A stretch of 64,000 bases of DNA from a virus. Positions within the stretch are counted from its first letter, which is position 1. Every line of letters starts with the position of its first letter. Location: the IMG/VR virus record IMGVR_UViG_3300025133_009393. The stretch is one strand, 5' to 3'. Shown here in pieces: positions 55,898-64,000 of the stretch. The position numbers were made by a program, and so were the translations under genes. Under the pieces are notes generated by a model, which worked only from the letters and a program-made list of their open reading frames with translations, had not been told where the DNA came from and did no database searches.

Positions 55898-57205
55898 TTA
55901 TAACACTTTTGCAGCCAATGTTGCAACTTTTGACCTTTCTCCTTTTAATAGGGTCATATGGCCAGAGATTTCGTAATTCTTCAACTTTTCTACAGCGTAT
56001 GTTAAGCCATTAGAAGTCGCATCTAAATATGTATTATCGATCTGTTCAACATCTCCGGTCAAAATAATTTTTGTATTTTCTCCCACACGAGTAACAATTG
56101 TTTTAAGTTCATGGACTGATAAATTCTGTGCCTCATCTATAATAATATAAGCGTTAGAAATCGATCGACCTCTAATATAGGTAAGCGCTTCAATTTCTAT
56201 TGTGCCATTTTCAAAAAATATGTCCATGGCACTTTTCTTGCCACTCATTAGAAAATCTAGATTATCTTGTATAGGCATAAGCCAGGGTCTCATTTTTTCT
56301 TCCAGAGTACCAGGCAAAAATCCTATGTCTTTTCCTAACGGCTGTACGGGCCTAGATACGACTAATTTTTTATATATACTTTTTTCAAGTACCTGTTCCA
56401 AACCGCATGCCAAGGCCATTAAAGTCTTTCCACAGCCGGCTTTGCCAAACATTGTTACGATTGGCACATCCGGATCTAACAAGAGATTTAGCGCAAATGT
56501 CTGTTCTTTATTTCTAGGTTTAAGTCCCCATATTCCCTGCTTATAATCAGCAATTCTCTCTAAAGGAATATTGTAGTTTATAAACCGTGCTAGTGCAGTT
56601 TTCTTTTCATTGGAGTTTGAAACCAACATAACAAAGTGATTTGGAAATAATTCCACATCTTCTTTTTCTATTATCACCTCTTCGTTATTATAAAATCGAT
56701 CAACAGTCTCATCATCAACCAAGTGCTTGGAAAAGCCTGTATATAGATTACCAATATTATCAACAACTTGGTCTGATATATAATCTTCAGTTGGTATTTG
56801 TAGCGAATCGCATTTTACACGCATATTAATATCGCGGGTGACTACAATTACTTGTCTTTTTCCAACATGTTGCTTTTCTGTAATAGCAGTACCGATAATT
56901 TGATTATCTGCCGACGTCAAATCTAGATCCCCTGGTATTAATTTTGGATCATAAGATTTGATTGAGAGAATTCCTTTGCCTTTTCCTAATCTCACTCCTT
57001 TATACAGATTGCCTTTACTTCTTAATTTGTCTAAAGTGCGTATCGTCATTCTAGCGTTTAAGCCAACGCCATCTTGTCTTTTTTTGTGCTTATCAATCTC
57101 TTCTAACACCTTCAAAGGAATAATAATATCATTATTTTTGTAAGAAAATATTGACTCATGATTCGTTAAAAAGACATTAGTATCAATAACATATGTTTTT
57201 TTCAT
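55898..57205 (-). CDS. phoH: PIN-PhoH (PhoH2/YbeZ-like) ATPase
   Basis: YVIDTNV...EEID...ADNQI...TRDINMR (PIN), GKAGCGKT (Walker A), GFLPG, YIRGRS, IIDEAQN, GDVEQID, GERS. Confidence 0.93.
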   Translation of the reverse strand: MKKTYVIDTNVFLTNHESIFSYKNNDIIIPLKVLEEIDKHKKRQDGVGLNARMTIRTLDKLRSKGNLYKGVRLGKGKGILSIKSYDPKLIPGDLDLTSADNQIIGTAITEKQHVGKRQVIVVTRDINMRVKCDSLQIPTEDYISDQVVDNIGNLYTGFSKHLVDDETVDRFYNNEEVIIEKEDVELFPNHFVMLVSNSNEKKTALARFINYNIPLERIADYKQGIWGLKPRNKEQTFALNLLLDPDVPIVTMFGKAGCGKTLMALACGLEQVLEKSIYKKLVVSRPVQPLGKDIGFLPGTLEEKMRPWLMPIQDNLDFLMSGKKSAMDIFFENGTIEIEALTYIRGRSISNAYIIIDEAQNLSVHELKTIVTRVGENTKIILTGDVEQIDNTYLDATSNGLTYAVEKLKNYEISGHMTLLKGERSKVATLAAKVL

Positions 57206-57290
57206 TCATTTATCCTTTTAAAAATATACATAATTCTCCCTTAAGCTGACTAGGCAGAACTATATACCTTATAGGGGGGTAACTTGCAAT

Positions 57291-58031
57291 ATGAAAAAAT
57301 TATTTTTTTTAACACTGATTTTATCATTTTTAACAACTTCTTGTGTTACCACCAGACTGCCAGACTATAGTATAACTAGTATACTTCCTATAGATTCTTT
57401 TGTTAAAGTAGAAGTACAAGTAAAAGCAACAAAGTGTCAAGAAGGAGAAGATGGCGTCTGTGTTTCAAACAAGGCGGTGGCGCATGGATCAGGTGTTGTA
57501 CTACAGAATACCAAGGGGGGCGCTTACATTCTAACAGCTGGGCATGTTTGCGAAGAGGACGATCTTAAAAACGAATTAGAAAGCGAAGGCTTTATCTTCA
57601 ATATGCGGTTCGAAGTATTAAATGTGTATGGAAAAATTCACGACGCCGTGGTCGTAGGCATGGATAGAGGCTTAGATACATGTATTATGTTTGCCCAAGA
57701 TATGCAAGAAGACACTGTGCGTTTAAGACGATATAGTAAGCCAAAAATTGGTGAAAAAGTGTACAACGTTGCTGCTGCTGCAGCTATTTTTGATTATAAG
57801 ATGGTACCAATTCTAGAAGGTAGATATTCAGGTGATACTTCATCGATGATGGGAGATATAAAATTTTCCGTATATACAATTCCGGCGATCGGTGGGTCAA
57901 GTGGGTCGCCAATTGTCGACAAAGATGGAGTATTGGTAGGAATGATTCATTCTGTCCATGTAAGATTTCCAACGGTATCATTCTCTCCAAGAACAGAAGA
58001 TTTATATAAATTTATATATTCAGTTTTATAA
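57291..58031 (+). CDS. Trypsin-like serine protease, predicted lipoprotein
   Basis: MKK plus hydrophobic signal plus LTTS-C lipobox; triad motifs LTAGHV, D(TC) and GGSSGSP. Confidence 0.85.
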   Translation: MKKLFFLTLILSFLTTSCVTTRLPDYSITSILPIDSFVKVEVQVKATKCQEGEDGVCVSNKAVAHGSGVVLQNTKGGAYILTAGHVCEEDDLKNELESEGFIFNMRFEVLNVYGKIHDAVVVGMDRGLDTCIMFAQDMQEDTVRLRRYSKPKIGEKVYNVAAAAAIFDYKMVPILEGRYSGDTSSMMGDIKFSVYTIPAIGGSSGSPIVDKDGVLVGMIHSVHVRFPTVSFSPRTEDLYKFIYSVL

Positions 58032-58057
58032 AAAAAAAGAGGGGCATTGCCCCTCTT
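58030..58057 (-). terminator. Rho-independent terminator between convergent genes
   Basis: AAGAGGGGC-ATT-GCCCCTCTT hairpin (58037-58057) with an adjacent A-run that gives a U-tract on the minus strand. Confidence 0.85.
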
Positions 58058-58076
58058 AGCTCAAAAACTTAAATTT

Positions 58077-58160
58077 TTAAACCCAGCCTTTTTTACCGAC
58101 AACATACCCTACAACTAGGGAAACGCCGGCAACTAGACCAGTCAATAATAGACCTTCCAT
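58077..58160 (-). CDS. Small single-pass membrane peptide (27 aa; not in ORF track)
   Basis: AGGAGGTGA-N5-ATG. Reads MEGLLLTGLVAGVSLVVGYVVGKKGWV*, ending just before the terminator. Confidence 0.75.
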   Translation of the reverse strand: MEGLLLTGLVAGVSLVVGYVVGKKGWV

Positions 58161-58165
58161 TATAG

Positions 58166-58720
58166 TCACCTCCTTATTTTATTTGTATAATCATACATAA
58201 CGATACCAGAACTAGTACCAACATTCAAACTACGTACAGAGCCATATTGTGGTATCTCCACTACATAGTCCGACCACTCCAAAAGTGTTGATGTAACGCC
58301 CTCTCCTTCTTCGCCAAAGATCATCAAAGGCGGCTTTTCTAAGCGATTCCAATCAAAATCATCTAATTTCATGATATCATTTTTTTCAACATTATTGTCA
58401 AACGCAACGAAAGTATACCTCTCCTTGAGCGTTAATACGTCCTCTAGCGCATTTAGATGTTTTAAAGGGGTGTAGTGGTGAGTGCCGACTGCACCTCGTC
58501 TATCCCACTTTTTCTTACCGATATAGAAGACCTCTTTGGCATTAAATGCATTTGCATTGCGTACCATAGTTGAAATATTAAAATCGCCGTGCCAATGTTC
58601 CATTAAAACTGCATAATCAAAACATGTTTTTTGTAGAGTTTCTTGGATTTCTTTAGCGCTTAGACTTTTAAATTCGTCTTTTACATTTCTTGTCCAAAAG
58701 GACCATTTTTTCTTATTCAT
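58166..58720 (-). CDS. SpoU/TrmH-family RNA 2'-O-methyltransferase
   Basis: DFNISTMVRNANAF, IFGEEGEGV, VEIPQYGSVRSLNV (SPOUT knot). Start at ATG 58720. Confidence 0.9.
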   Translation of the reverse strand: MNKKKWSFWTRNVKDEFKSLSAKEIQETLQKTCFDYAVLMEHWHGDFNISTMVRNANAFNAKEVFYIGKKKWDRRGAVGTHHYTPLKHLNALEDVLTLKERYTFVAFDNNVEKNDIMKLDDFDWNRLEKPPLMIFGEEGEGVTSTLLEWSDYVVEIPQYGSVRSLNVGTSSGIVMYDYTNKIRR

Positions 58721-58964
58721 CTTCGGCTGGCGGAGTATCAAGTTTAGTATCTGGCGCGCCACTAACACGAATATTCTCGTCTAAAGTAGCCAACAAGTTT
58801 TCTGCTGTCGATAGCTTCTGTACTAAAAGATCAATTTCGTCTATTATCCCAGAATGGCCTGGTGTTACAGATGGATCGTTTAAATATAATGATAGTGTAG
58901 CCAAAGCTTCTTCTTTTTGCGCAGTATAACGCGCGACCAATGCTCTTAATAGTGCTGTTCCCAT
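58713..58964 (-). CDS. Hypothetical protein (83 aa, helical)
   Basis: AGGA RBS; operonic. Confidence 0.7.
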   Translation of the reverse strand: MGTALLRALVARYTAQKEEALATLSLYLNDPSVTPGHSGIIDEIDLLVQKLSTAENLLATLDENIRVSGAPDTKLDTPPAEDE

Positions 58965-58968
58965 ATTA

Positions 58969-59265
58969 TTATCCTTTTAGTTTTCTAAATTTTTCTTTAT
59001 GTGTATTTCTTATTTTTTCTGCAGCCTCTAATCTAGAAGAAAACTGCCCACAGAAAACGCTTGGAAAGGCATATGCAGTATATTTTATAATATATCTGTC
59101 TTTTACCCTTAACCTAAGAGACTTGTCGATTCGATATTTCTGCCAATCAATATCCTGTCTCTCTCTAATATCAAATTCTATATAGCCAGTACATATCTTG
59201 TCATGCCATACGTACTCTTTATTAGATTTTAGCTTATCTTTTTGGAAATTGATCTTTTGTTCCAT
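58969..59265 (-). CDS. Hypothetical protein (98 aa)
   Basis: Fills the gap in the minus-strand gene string. Confidence 0.55.
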   Translation of the reverse strand: MEQKINFQKDKLKSNKEYVWHDKICTGYIEFDIRERQDIDWQKYRIDKSLRLRVKDRYIIKYTAYAFPSVFCGQFSSRLEAAEKIRNTHKEKFRKLKG

Positions 59266-59288
59266 AAAAATAAACTAATAACTTTCTT

Positions 59289-59504
59289 TTATTTGTCAAG
59301 TTTTTTTATACTCTTTTCAGGAAAAGACATGTCTTTAACTGAGACTACATCCCACTCGCTCTTAAAAGAAGTAGTTCCCAAAGTATGACGAAATATATTT
59401 GCAGTAGGCATTGCGTCTGCAAAGCTTATTGCTTTAACTTCTAGATTTTCAATTTTTTTCGAAGTTTTGTCGAAAAAAGTAAAATAGTATAATTTATAAT
59501 TCAT
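59289..59504 (-). CDS. Hypothetical protein (71 aa)
   Basis: AGGA RBS; operonic. Confidence 0.6.
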   Translation of the reverse strand: MNYKLYYFTFFDKTSKKIENLEVKAISFADAMPTANIFRHTLGTTSFKSEWDVVSVKDMSFPEKSIKKLDK

Positions 59505-59507
59505 TTT

Positions 59508-59684
59508 TTATCCTAATAAGAGATCTTTTTCTTTGGTTGTTTCGTTAATCTTTTCTTTTTCATCTTGTTCAAGAAGATCTTCGAAATGTAGCTCTGCCAA
59601 GTGAGAATATTTCTCAAGTACTTGCTTGAGGGTCATATTTTCCTCCCTCATTATTTCTTTTATTTTTTTTATTACGTTTGGCAT
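59508..59684 (-). CDS. Hypothetical protein
   Basis: Likely start at ATG 59684; acidic/basic helical peptide. Confidence 0.55.
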   Translation of the reverse strand: MPNVIKKIKEIMREENMTLKQVLEKYSHLAELHFEDLLEQDEKEKINETTKEKDLLLG

Positions 59685-59892
59685 TTTTCTTTTTTTCTTT
59701 AATTGGTTCATAGTCCGGATGGAGGCGCGTTTTTACAACAAAGCTTTCGCGGCTAGCCATGAATTTAACTTTTACCTGCATTCCCTCGTGAGAAGAGTTA
59801 TCTTTCCACAAAGAGATAAGCTTATTCCTTTTTGCATCCGCCTCTTTATACGAGGTATGGAAAGATTCATTTTTCCATGGCTTGTTGCTCAT
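59614..59892 (-). CDS. Hypothetical basic protein (92 aa)
   Basis: ATGA overlap with the upstream gene. Confidence 0.6.
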   Translation of the reverse strand: MSNKPWKNESFHTSYKEADAKRNKLISLWKDNSSHEGMQVKVKFMASRESFVVKTRLHPDYEPIKEKKKNAKRNKKNKRNNEGGKYDPQAST

Positions 59893-60101
59893 TTCTTCTG
59901 CTTAGCTATAGCTTGCAGACCATCAACAACCTGATTTAAATCAACGGTAACTTGCTTTTTAAAATCATTCAATTCTTTTTTCAAAATGTGAAGCTCATCT
60001 GATAGTACGCTCATTCGATTTCTCACGTGATTACTAGACGAAATTACCTTTTGTATTTCGCCTTCCTTCGGTTGTGATGATGTTTTTTCGTTTTTAGCCA
60101 T
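59889..60101 (-). CDS. Hypothetical coiled-coil protein (70 aa)
   Basis: AAGGA RBS immediately downstream of the tmRNA. Confidence 0.65.
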   Translation of the reverse strand: MAKNEKTSSQPKEGEIQKVISSSNHVRNRMSVLSDELHILKKELNDFKKQVTVDLNQVVDGLQAIAKQKK

Positions 60102-60121
60102 TTTATTTTTCCTTTTGTGTT

Positions 60122-60434
60122 TGGTGGAGATGCCGGGAGTCGAACCCGGGTCCTAAATATTTTATTTATTAAGTCATTCACAAGGATAGTTGAAGACCAC
60201 CTTCCAACAACCACCTGTCATAGACAGGGTATCCGATTTTTCTCAATTTGTTAAGCTCAAAATGCAACTTTTGTTAACAAGGCAGTTACCGCCCCGTGAT
60301 TATGCCGCTAGGGCGTAATCAAAATTAACGCTATTATCGTTGGCGTTTAAAGTTTTGAGTGTTTTTACTGTGCCACACTCACACAGCCTTGCACTTAATA
60401 AAATCATATATCCAGTCGATACCAGTTCATCCCC
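60122..60434 (-). ncRNA. ssrA: tmRNA (one-piece, about 313 nt)
   Basis: 5' GGGGATGAACTGGTATCGAC; 3' CCGGGTTCGACTCCCGGCATCTCCACCA; acceptor stem with G3-U wobble; tag ORF 60344-60300 encodes ANDNSVNFDYALAA*. Confidence 0.95.
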
Positions 60435-60456
60435 ATATTTTAAAGATCTGTTCTTA

Positions 60457-60484
60457 ATTATACGTACAAAAAATATAAAGTCAA
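60457..60484 (-). promoter_or_regulatory. Sigma70-type promoter of the tmRNA
   Basis: TTGACT (60484-60479) - 16 nt - TATAAT (60462-60457), 22 nt upstream of the mature tmRNA 5' end. Confidence 0.8.
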
Positions 60485-60491
60485 GTATTTT

Positions 60492-60743
60492 TTATCGATC
60501 TGGCTCAAAAGTCACGCTTGACAATTGTGCTCTAAAGGCAGAAGCAATATCATTGCGATCTAATATTCGAAATAACTCCATTAATGCGTTCGCGACTGAG
60601 AGGCGCGCATTATTATCTCGTGAAACCTTCATTACTACTTGGTCGATCGCGTGGGTGACCGCCCAATCTGCATTTTCAGTAAGAAGTATTTTTTCCGCCT
60701 CTTCTTTAATAATTTGGTTTAATTGTGATTTTGTAATATTCAT
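60492..60743 (-). CDS. Hypothetical protein with N-terminal MxITKSQLxQIIKEE leader
   Basis: GAGGA RBS; ATGA overlap with the Fis-like gene. Confidence 0.7.
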   Translation of the reverse strand: MNITKSQLNQIIKEEAEKILLTENADWAVTHAIDQVVMKVSRDNNARLSVANALMELFRILDRNDIASAFRAQLSSVTFEPDR

Positions 60744-61108
60744 GATTTATCCTCTTTTATAAAATAATTAGTAATCTTATATTGTTTGAGCAATTTTCGA
60801 AATTCGTTTTTGCTGATTCCTAAAAAAGCAGCTGCTTCATTCTTTGTTCTTGCAGCTGAATATGAATATTTTAATGCTGCAGCTTTTGCAATTCTTGGAA
60901 GAGATTCCCATAATTTGAGGCCATATAATTTTCCGCCAATTGAACGTGCAGCCAATTCCAAGCGAAGAGCTATAATTTCTTCCATTGTCAAAGAAGAAAG
61001 CATAACTTCAAAATCACCGGTTATCTTGCCATCAGATTTGAGCTTATTTGATACTGAGTAATACTCTTGATCTGGCTTAGAATACCTTTTTCTTTTACGC
61101 TCCCACAT
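60740..61108 (-). CDS. Fis-type helix-turn-helix DNA-binding protein
   Basis: C-terminal KAAALKYS...TKNEAAAFLGISKNEFRKLLKQYKI matches the Fis/HTH_8 pattern (AA..LGISR..L..KL..Y.I). Confidence 0.75.
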   Translation of the reverse strand: MWERKRKRYSKPDQEYYSVSNKLKSDGKITGDFEVMLSSLTMEEIIALRLELAARSIGGKLYGLKLWESLPRIAKAAALKYSYSAARTKNEAAAFLGISKNEFRKLLKQYKITNYFIKEDKS

Positions 61109-63978
61109 TAGGCGCCCATTGGAGGCAATTCAGCTTGCGGCTCAGCTATAGGAGCCGGCTCGGCTTCTGTGGAAGTTTGAGCTTGTTTTTCATATTCATC
61201 AGTTGTTGGCTCTTTCACGTTAGTCTCAACTTCTTCTTCCCACTGATCAAAATATAATTTCATATTGGTCAAAAGCCAATCATAAAACATTTCTCTATCA
61301 TCCTGGCCTTCAATGTCAATATACATTTCTTCTATTTGTTTATTAACGTTTTTAAATGCGGTCAAGGCATCAGTTCTTCCTTGTCTTTGATTCGCTGTTT
61401 GATCGTGACCGGGAACTGAGAAGTCTTCACGCTCTTTTTCTTCTGGATCTGGCGTAGCTTCTTCTTCGGCTGCTTTAGCCGGAAGGCCGTCGTCGTCGAT
61501 CATTTTATCTTCGTCACTCATATCCAAAGTAATACCTTCTTCTTCTTGCTCCTCTAGCGGACCTTCGCCCAAAGCCGGTTGATCTGCAGGCACACCTTCA
61601 TCTCCCAACATGTTTCTATAAGGCCGCAGTAGATTTTCGATTCCATTGATAATATGTGCCCTAAAAGAGTCTCTTTGCTCCCTGTCTGATCTTAAACTTT
61701 TAAACCCATCCTTTAGGGTCGTTAACATTTGAGTTTTTTTGAATAATTTAGCCAATTTGTTAATACCAGTATTATCAAAATAATGCTCTTCTTTTGCTTC
61801 TTTGATCAAGCTGTGAATAACGCCTCTTAATTTTTGTTCTTCTAGGAGCGCTTGTTGTTCTTCTTCTATTTTTCTAGTTTTGATAGTCTTAATTGCTTCG
61901 CGAATAACTTGTCGCATCTTTAGTTCTTCTAAGAACTCGATTCTATTAAAAAATTCCATTATTAATGGCTCCCTTGCATCCTCTCTAATTAGGCTCTCTT
62001 CTTCTGAAACATCTCTTTTTCCAGGCGCGCCATGAAGGCCGCCCCCAGAGGCAGTTGAAATTTCTTCTAATTCTTCCTCTTCTTCAACATCTTCTTGCTT
62101 GGTGTATTTTTTCTTTTTCTTGCTTTTGCATGATGCCCCTTCATTCATAAACTCCTCAACCAATGAATATAGGGACTCCATAGTCAATGTTTTTTTTTCT
62201 TCATCTTCCGGCTGGTCTTCTATAGCTGATCCCAAGCCAACGCCTAGAATAGTCAATATCTTATCAACATCTTTTTCACTGCTTCTAGGAATATAATCTA
62301 ATATTATATTCATTTGATCTGGAAGATTTGCTAACGCTCTTCTAAAAGTTGTAGCACTCATATTTTCATTGTTTGAATCTAAAACAGTGGGTGTTGGTTC
62401 GATATGAACAGTAACATCGTTAGGATTATATCTTTTATCGTTTAATATAAACTCATATCTTTTTCCATCTTTTCCGCCGGCGGCTAAATAATATTCTACA
62501 TCTTCTGGATCTGATATTTTAACTAAATCGACGACTTCTCCAATTGGACCGCCGGATGTCGTTACAAAATCGACTCTTTTTTCTATTCCACTATTTTTTA
62601 GATAAATTTGCCAAATTTGCATTGCTTGTTCGGTCGTTACTGGATCTCCCAGCGTTTTATCGTTGCCAATATAGCGCATTGTTTTAGGATTATCACTCGT
62701 GCTCATAAAGATGGTGACAGCACCCTTTGGGCCGACGCGCTCCAAATAATCTTCTACCAAATTAAGGTGGCCGCGGTGGGGAGGCTTAAAGCCGCCGGCA
62801 ATTAAAGCAACTTTTCTCTTAGAGACAAAATCGTATTCTCCTTCAGGCTCTATTTCCGGAGTGTCTCTAAATTCAGTAGCCATACCCTCTAAAATAAAGT
62901 TGCCCGTCACTTTAACCGGATCTGCTTCTAATCCGCGTAGGACGACACCTTCATGTTCAAATAAATTACCAAACTCACTTTCTAGCGCTCTTTTTACGTC
63001 ATTGCCCAGCTTTCTAGTTGCTTCATTAAAAACAGCGCCGGCAATTGCTTTCTGCATGTCCTGATTAATATTAGAAAGAAAACTTGACAATGGATTTTTT
63101 TGCAAAACCTGCACATAAACATCCTTACTAATTGCCCATATTGGTCTTTCATTAATATTCAATACAGTATCATGACCCGGGTTTGTTGCAGTAGATAACC
63201 ACTGCTTAAGAGTGCGAGTATCAGGTTGTTTTTCTGTGATCATAATAGGAAATTCGGAATTTAATGTATCTGTGAAATCAACCTCTGAAACTAATCTGGC
63301 CGGAACATCTCCAACTAAGTTATAGCCCTCTTCGGCAGCGATCGATTGCACCTTTTCTATAAGTCTATTTAACACTTCTCTATCATAAGGTATTTCTATA
63401 CTTCCTACATCGGTTGTTGGCTTGCCAGTTTCATCAGTTGGTCTAGGTAAGCCCGGGCGATCCATCGATTGACCTCTTTCGACTCTCCATTTTTGTGCTT
63501 TCTTTTCGTAGAATTGATTTATTCCATGAACTGCTAAAATAGGCTCTGGATATTCAATGACATTAGTTTTGCCTTTTTTCATATATTCAGTATTAAAGAA
63601 TTTGGTTGGATCATCCCACATTCCTAATTCTCTCAATTCCGGCTTAATTAAAGGTAGCGCTTTGTTGAATATCCTCAATAAATCGTCAATAGCAGGGGGC
63701 ATACCATGGCCTTGAGGCCATTTTTTATAAGCATCGGCAGCTGTCATTCCAACAACAGATTCAATATGAGATGTGCCGCGGTCCATACGAAAGTCTTTTC
63801 CAGAAGGTTTTGTTTCATCATCAACTAGTTTGAAACTTACATTGATACCATCGAATTTAACACTTCCGCCATGTTCCTTAAGATGCTCTACGATCTTATT
63901 AAAATATTTTACTAAATCTAATCCTACTTGAACTTCTGTCACGTCAAATGGATGTTGCATATGTCCTGGTGTGCCCAT
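61108..63978 (-). CDS. Multidomain protein: ligase-like nucleotidyltransferase, HIGH-family (cytidylyltransferase-like) domain and acidic C-terminal region
   Basis: VKFDGIN, FNTEY, HEGVVLR and VKVTG (ligase-like motifs I, III, IV, V); GGFKPPHRGH and MSATTFR; AGGAG RBS. Confidence 0.7.
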   Translation of the reverse strand: MGTPGHMQHPFDVTEVQVGLDLVKYFNKIVEHLKEHGGSVKFDGINVSFKLVDDETKPSGKDFRMDRGTSHIESVVGMTAADAYKKWPQGHGMPPAIDDLLRIFNKALPLIKPELRELGMWDDPTKFFNTEYMKKGKTNVIEYPEPILAVHGINQFYEKKAQKWRVERGQSMDRPGLPRPTDETGKPTTDVGSIEIPYDREVLNRLIEKVQSIAAEEGYNLVGDVPARLVSEVDFTDTLNSEFPIMITEKQPDTRTLKQWLSTATNPGHDTVLNINERPIWAISKDVYVQVLQKNPLSSFLSNINQDMQKAIAGAVFNEATRKLGNDVKRALESEFGNLFEHEGVVLRGLEADPVKVTGNFILEGMATEFRDTPEIEPEGEYDFVSKRKVALIAGGFKPPHRGHLNLVEDYLERVGPKGAVTIFMSTSDNPKTMRYIGNDKTLGDPVTTEQAMQIWQIYLKNSGIEKRVDFVTTSGGPIGEVVDLVKISDPEDVEYYLAAGGKDGKRYEFILNDKRYNPNDVTVHIEPTPTVLDSNNENMSATTFRRALANLPDQMNIILDYIPRSSEKDVDKILTILGVGLGSAIEDQPEDEEKKTLTMESLYSLVEEFMNEGASCKSKKKKKYTKQEDVEEEEELEEISTASGGGLHGAPGKRDVSEEESLIREDAREPLIMEFFNRIEFLEELKMRQVIREAIKTIKTRKIEEEQQALLEEQKLRGVIHSLIKEAKEEHYFDNTGINKLAKLFKKTQMLTTLKDGFKSLRSDREQRDSFRAHIINGIENLLRPYRNMLGDEGVPADQPALGEGPLEEQEEEGITLDMSDEDKMIDDDGLPAKAAEEEATPDPEEKEREDFSVPGHDQTANQRQGRTDALTAFKNVNKQIEEMYIDIEGQDDREMFYDWLLTNMKLYFDQWEEEVETNVKEPTTDEYEKQAQTSTEAEPAPIAEPQAELPPMGA

Positions 63979-64000
63979 AAAAAACTCCTACTTTATATAA

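Noticed and set aside
59270-59299. Possible sigma70 promoter TTGACA upstream of the 98-aa ORF
   Set aside because: Perfect -35 but only a weak -10 (TAGTTT) very close to the start codon; insufficient support.
60122-60155. tRNA gene or prophage att site
   Set aside because: The T-arm and CCA pair with a 5' end 313 nt away and enclose a tag ORF, so it is tmRNA. No duplicate of the 3' end and no integrase are in the window.
278-63064. Dozens of short plus-strand and out-of-frame minus-strand ORFs in the track (e.g. 26788-27390, 22538-22969, 60340-60762)
   Set aside because: They are shadows of long, motif-bearing minus-strand genes or of the tmRNA, with no RBS or recognisable motifs.
178-63978. 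Stop-codon reassignment, as in some jumbo phages
   Set aside because: Very long ORFs are intact in code 11, and TAA, TAG and TGA all end genes that are immediately followed by the next gene.

Overview
Segment of a large (jumbo-type) myovirus-like bacteriophage genome, read in the standard genetic code, with nearly all genes on the minus strand and tightly packed behind Shine-Dalgarno sites. (1) 1-32230 is a tail/baseplate module: a 4722-aa LamG/MAM/repeat-containing structural protein, gp6-like and gp25-like wedge subunits, a 3497-aa protein, and a two-gene spike region whose OB-fold protein carries an SGNH esterase and a GH25-like barrel. (2) 32237-33988 holds a gp55-like late sigma factor and small ORFs. 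(3) 34000-53804 is a ~20 kb, 23-gene sugar locus: three NeuB-family nonulosonate synthases, one NeuA, PseB-like, RmlD-like and Gmd enzymes, two SDRs, formyl-, acetyl- and methyltransferases, a deacetylase, three GT4 domains and three Maf/GT42-like transferase domains, with no export or polymerase genes. This is the best candidate for an undescribed system: phage-encoded protein (virion) glycosylation with sialic-acid-like sugars. (4) 53817-63978 holds a Cas4-like nuclease, an HExxH protein, PIN-PhoH, a lipoprotein serine protease (the only supported plus-strand gene), an unannotated 27-aa membrane peptide, a SpoU methylase, a compact tmRNA (tag ANDNSVNFDYALAA), a Fis-like regulator and a ligase-like/HIGH-nucleotidyltransferase fusion. 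The palindrome GCCGGC is strongly over-represented across the window. All family calls come from motif recognition by eye, not from database searches.
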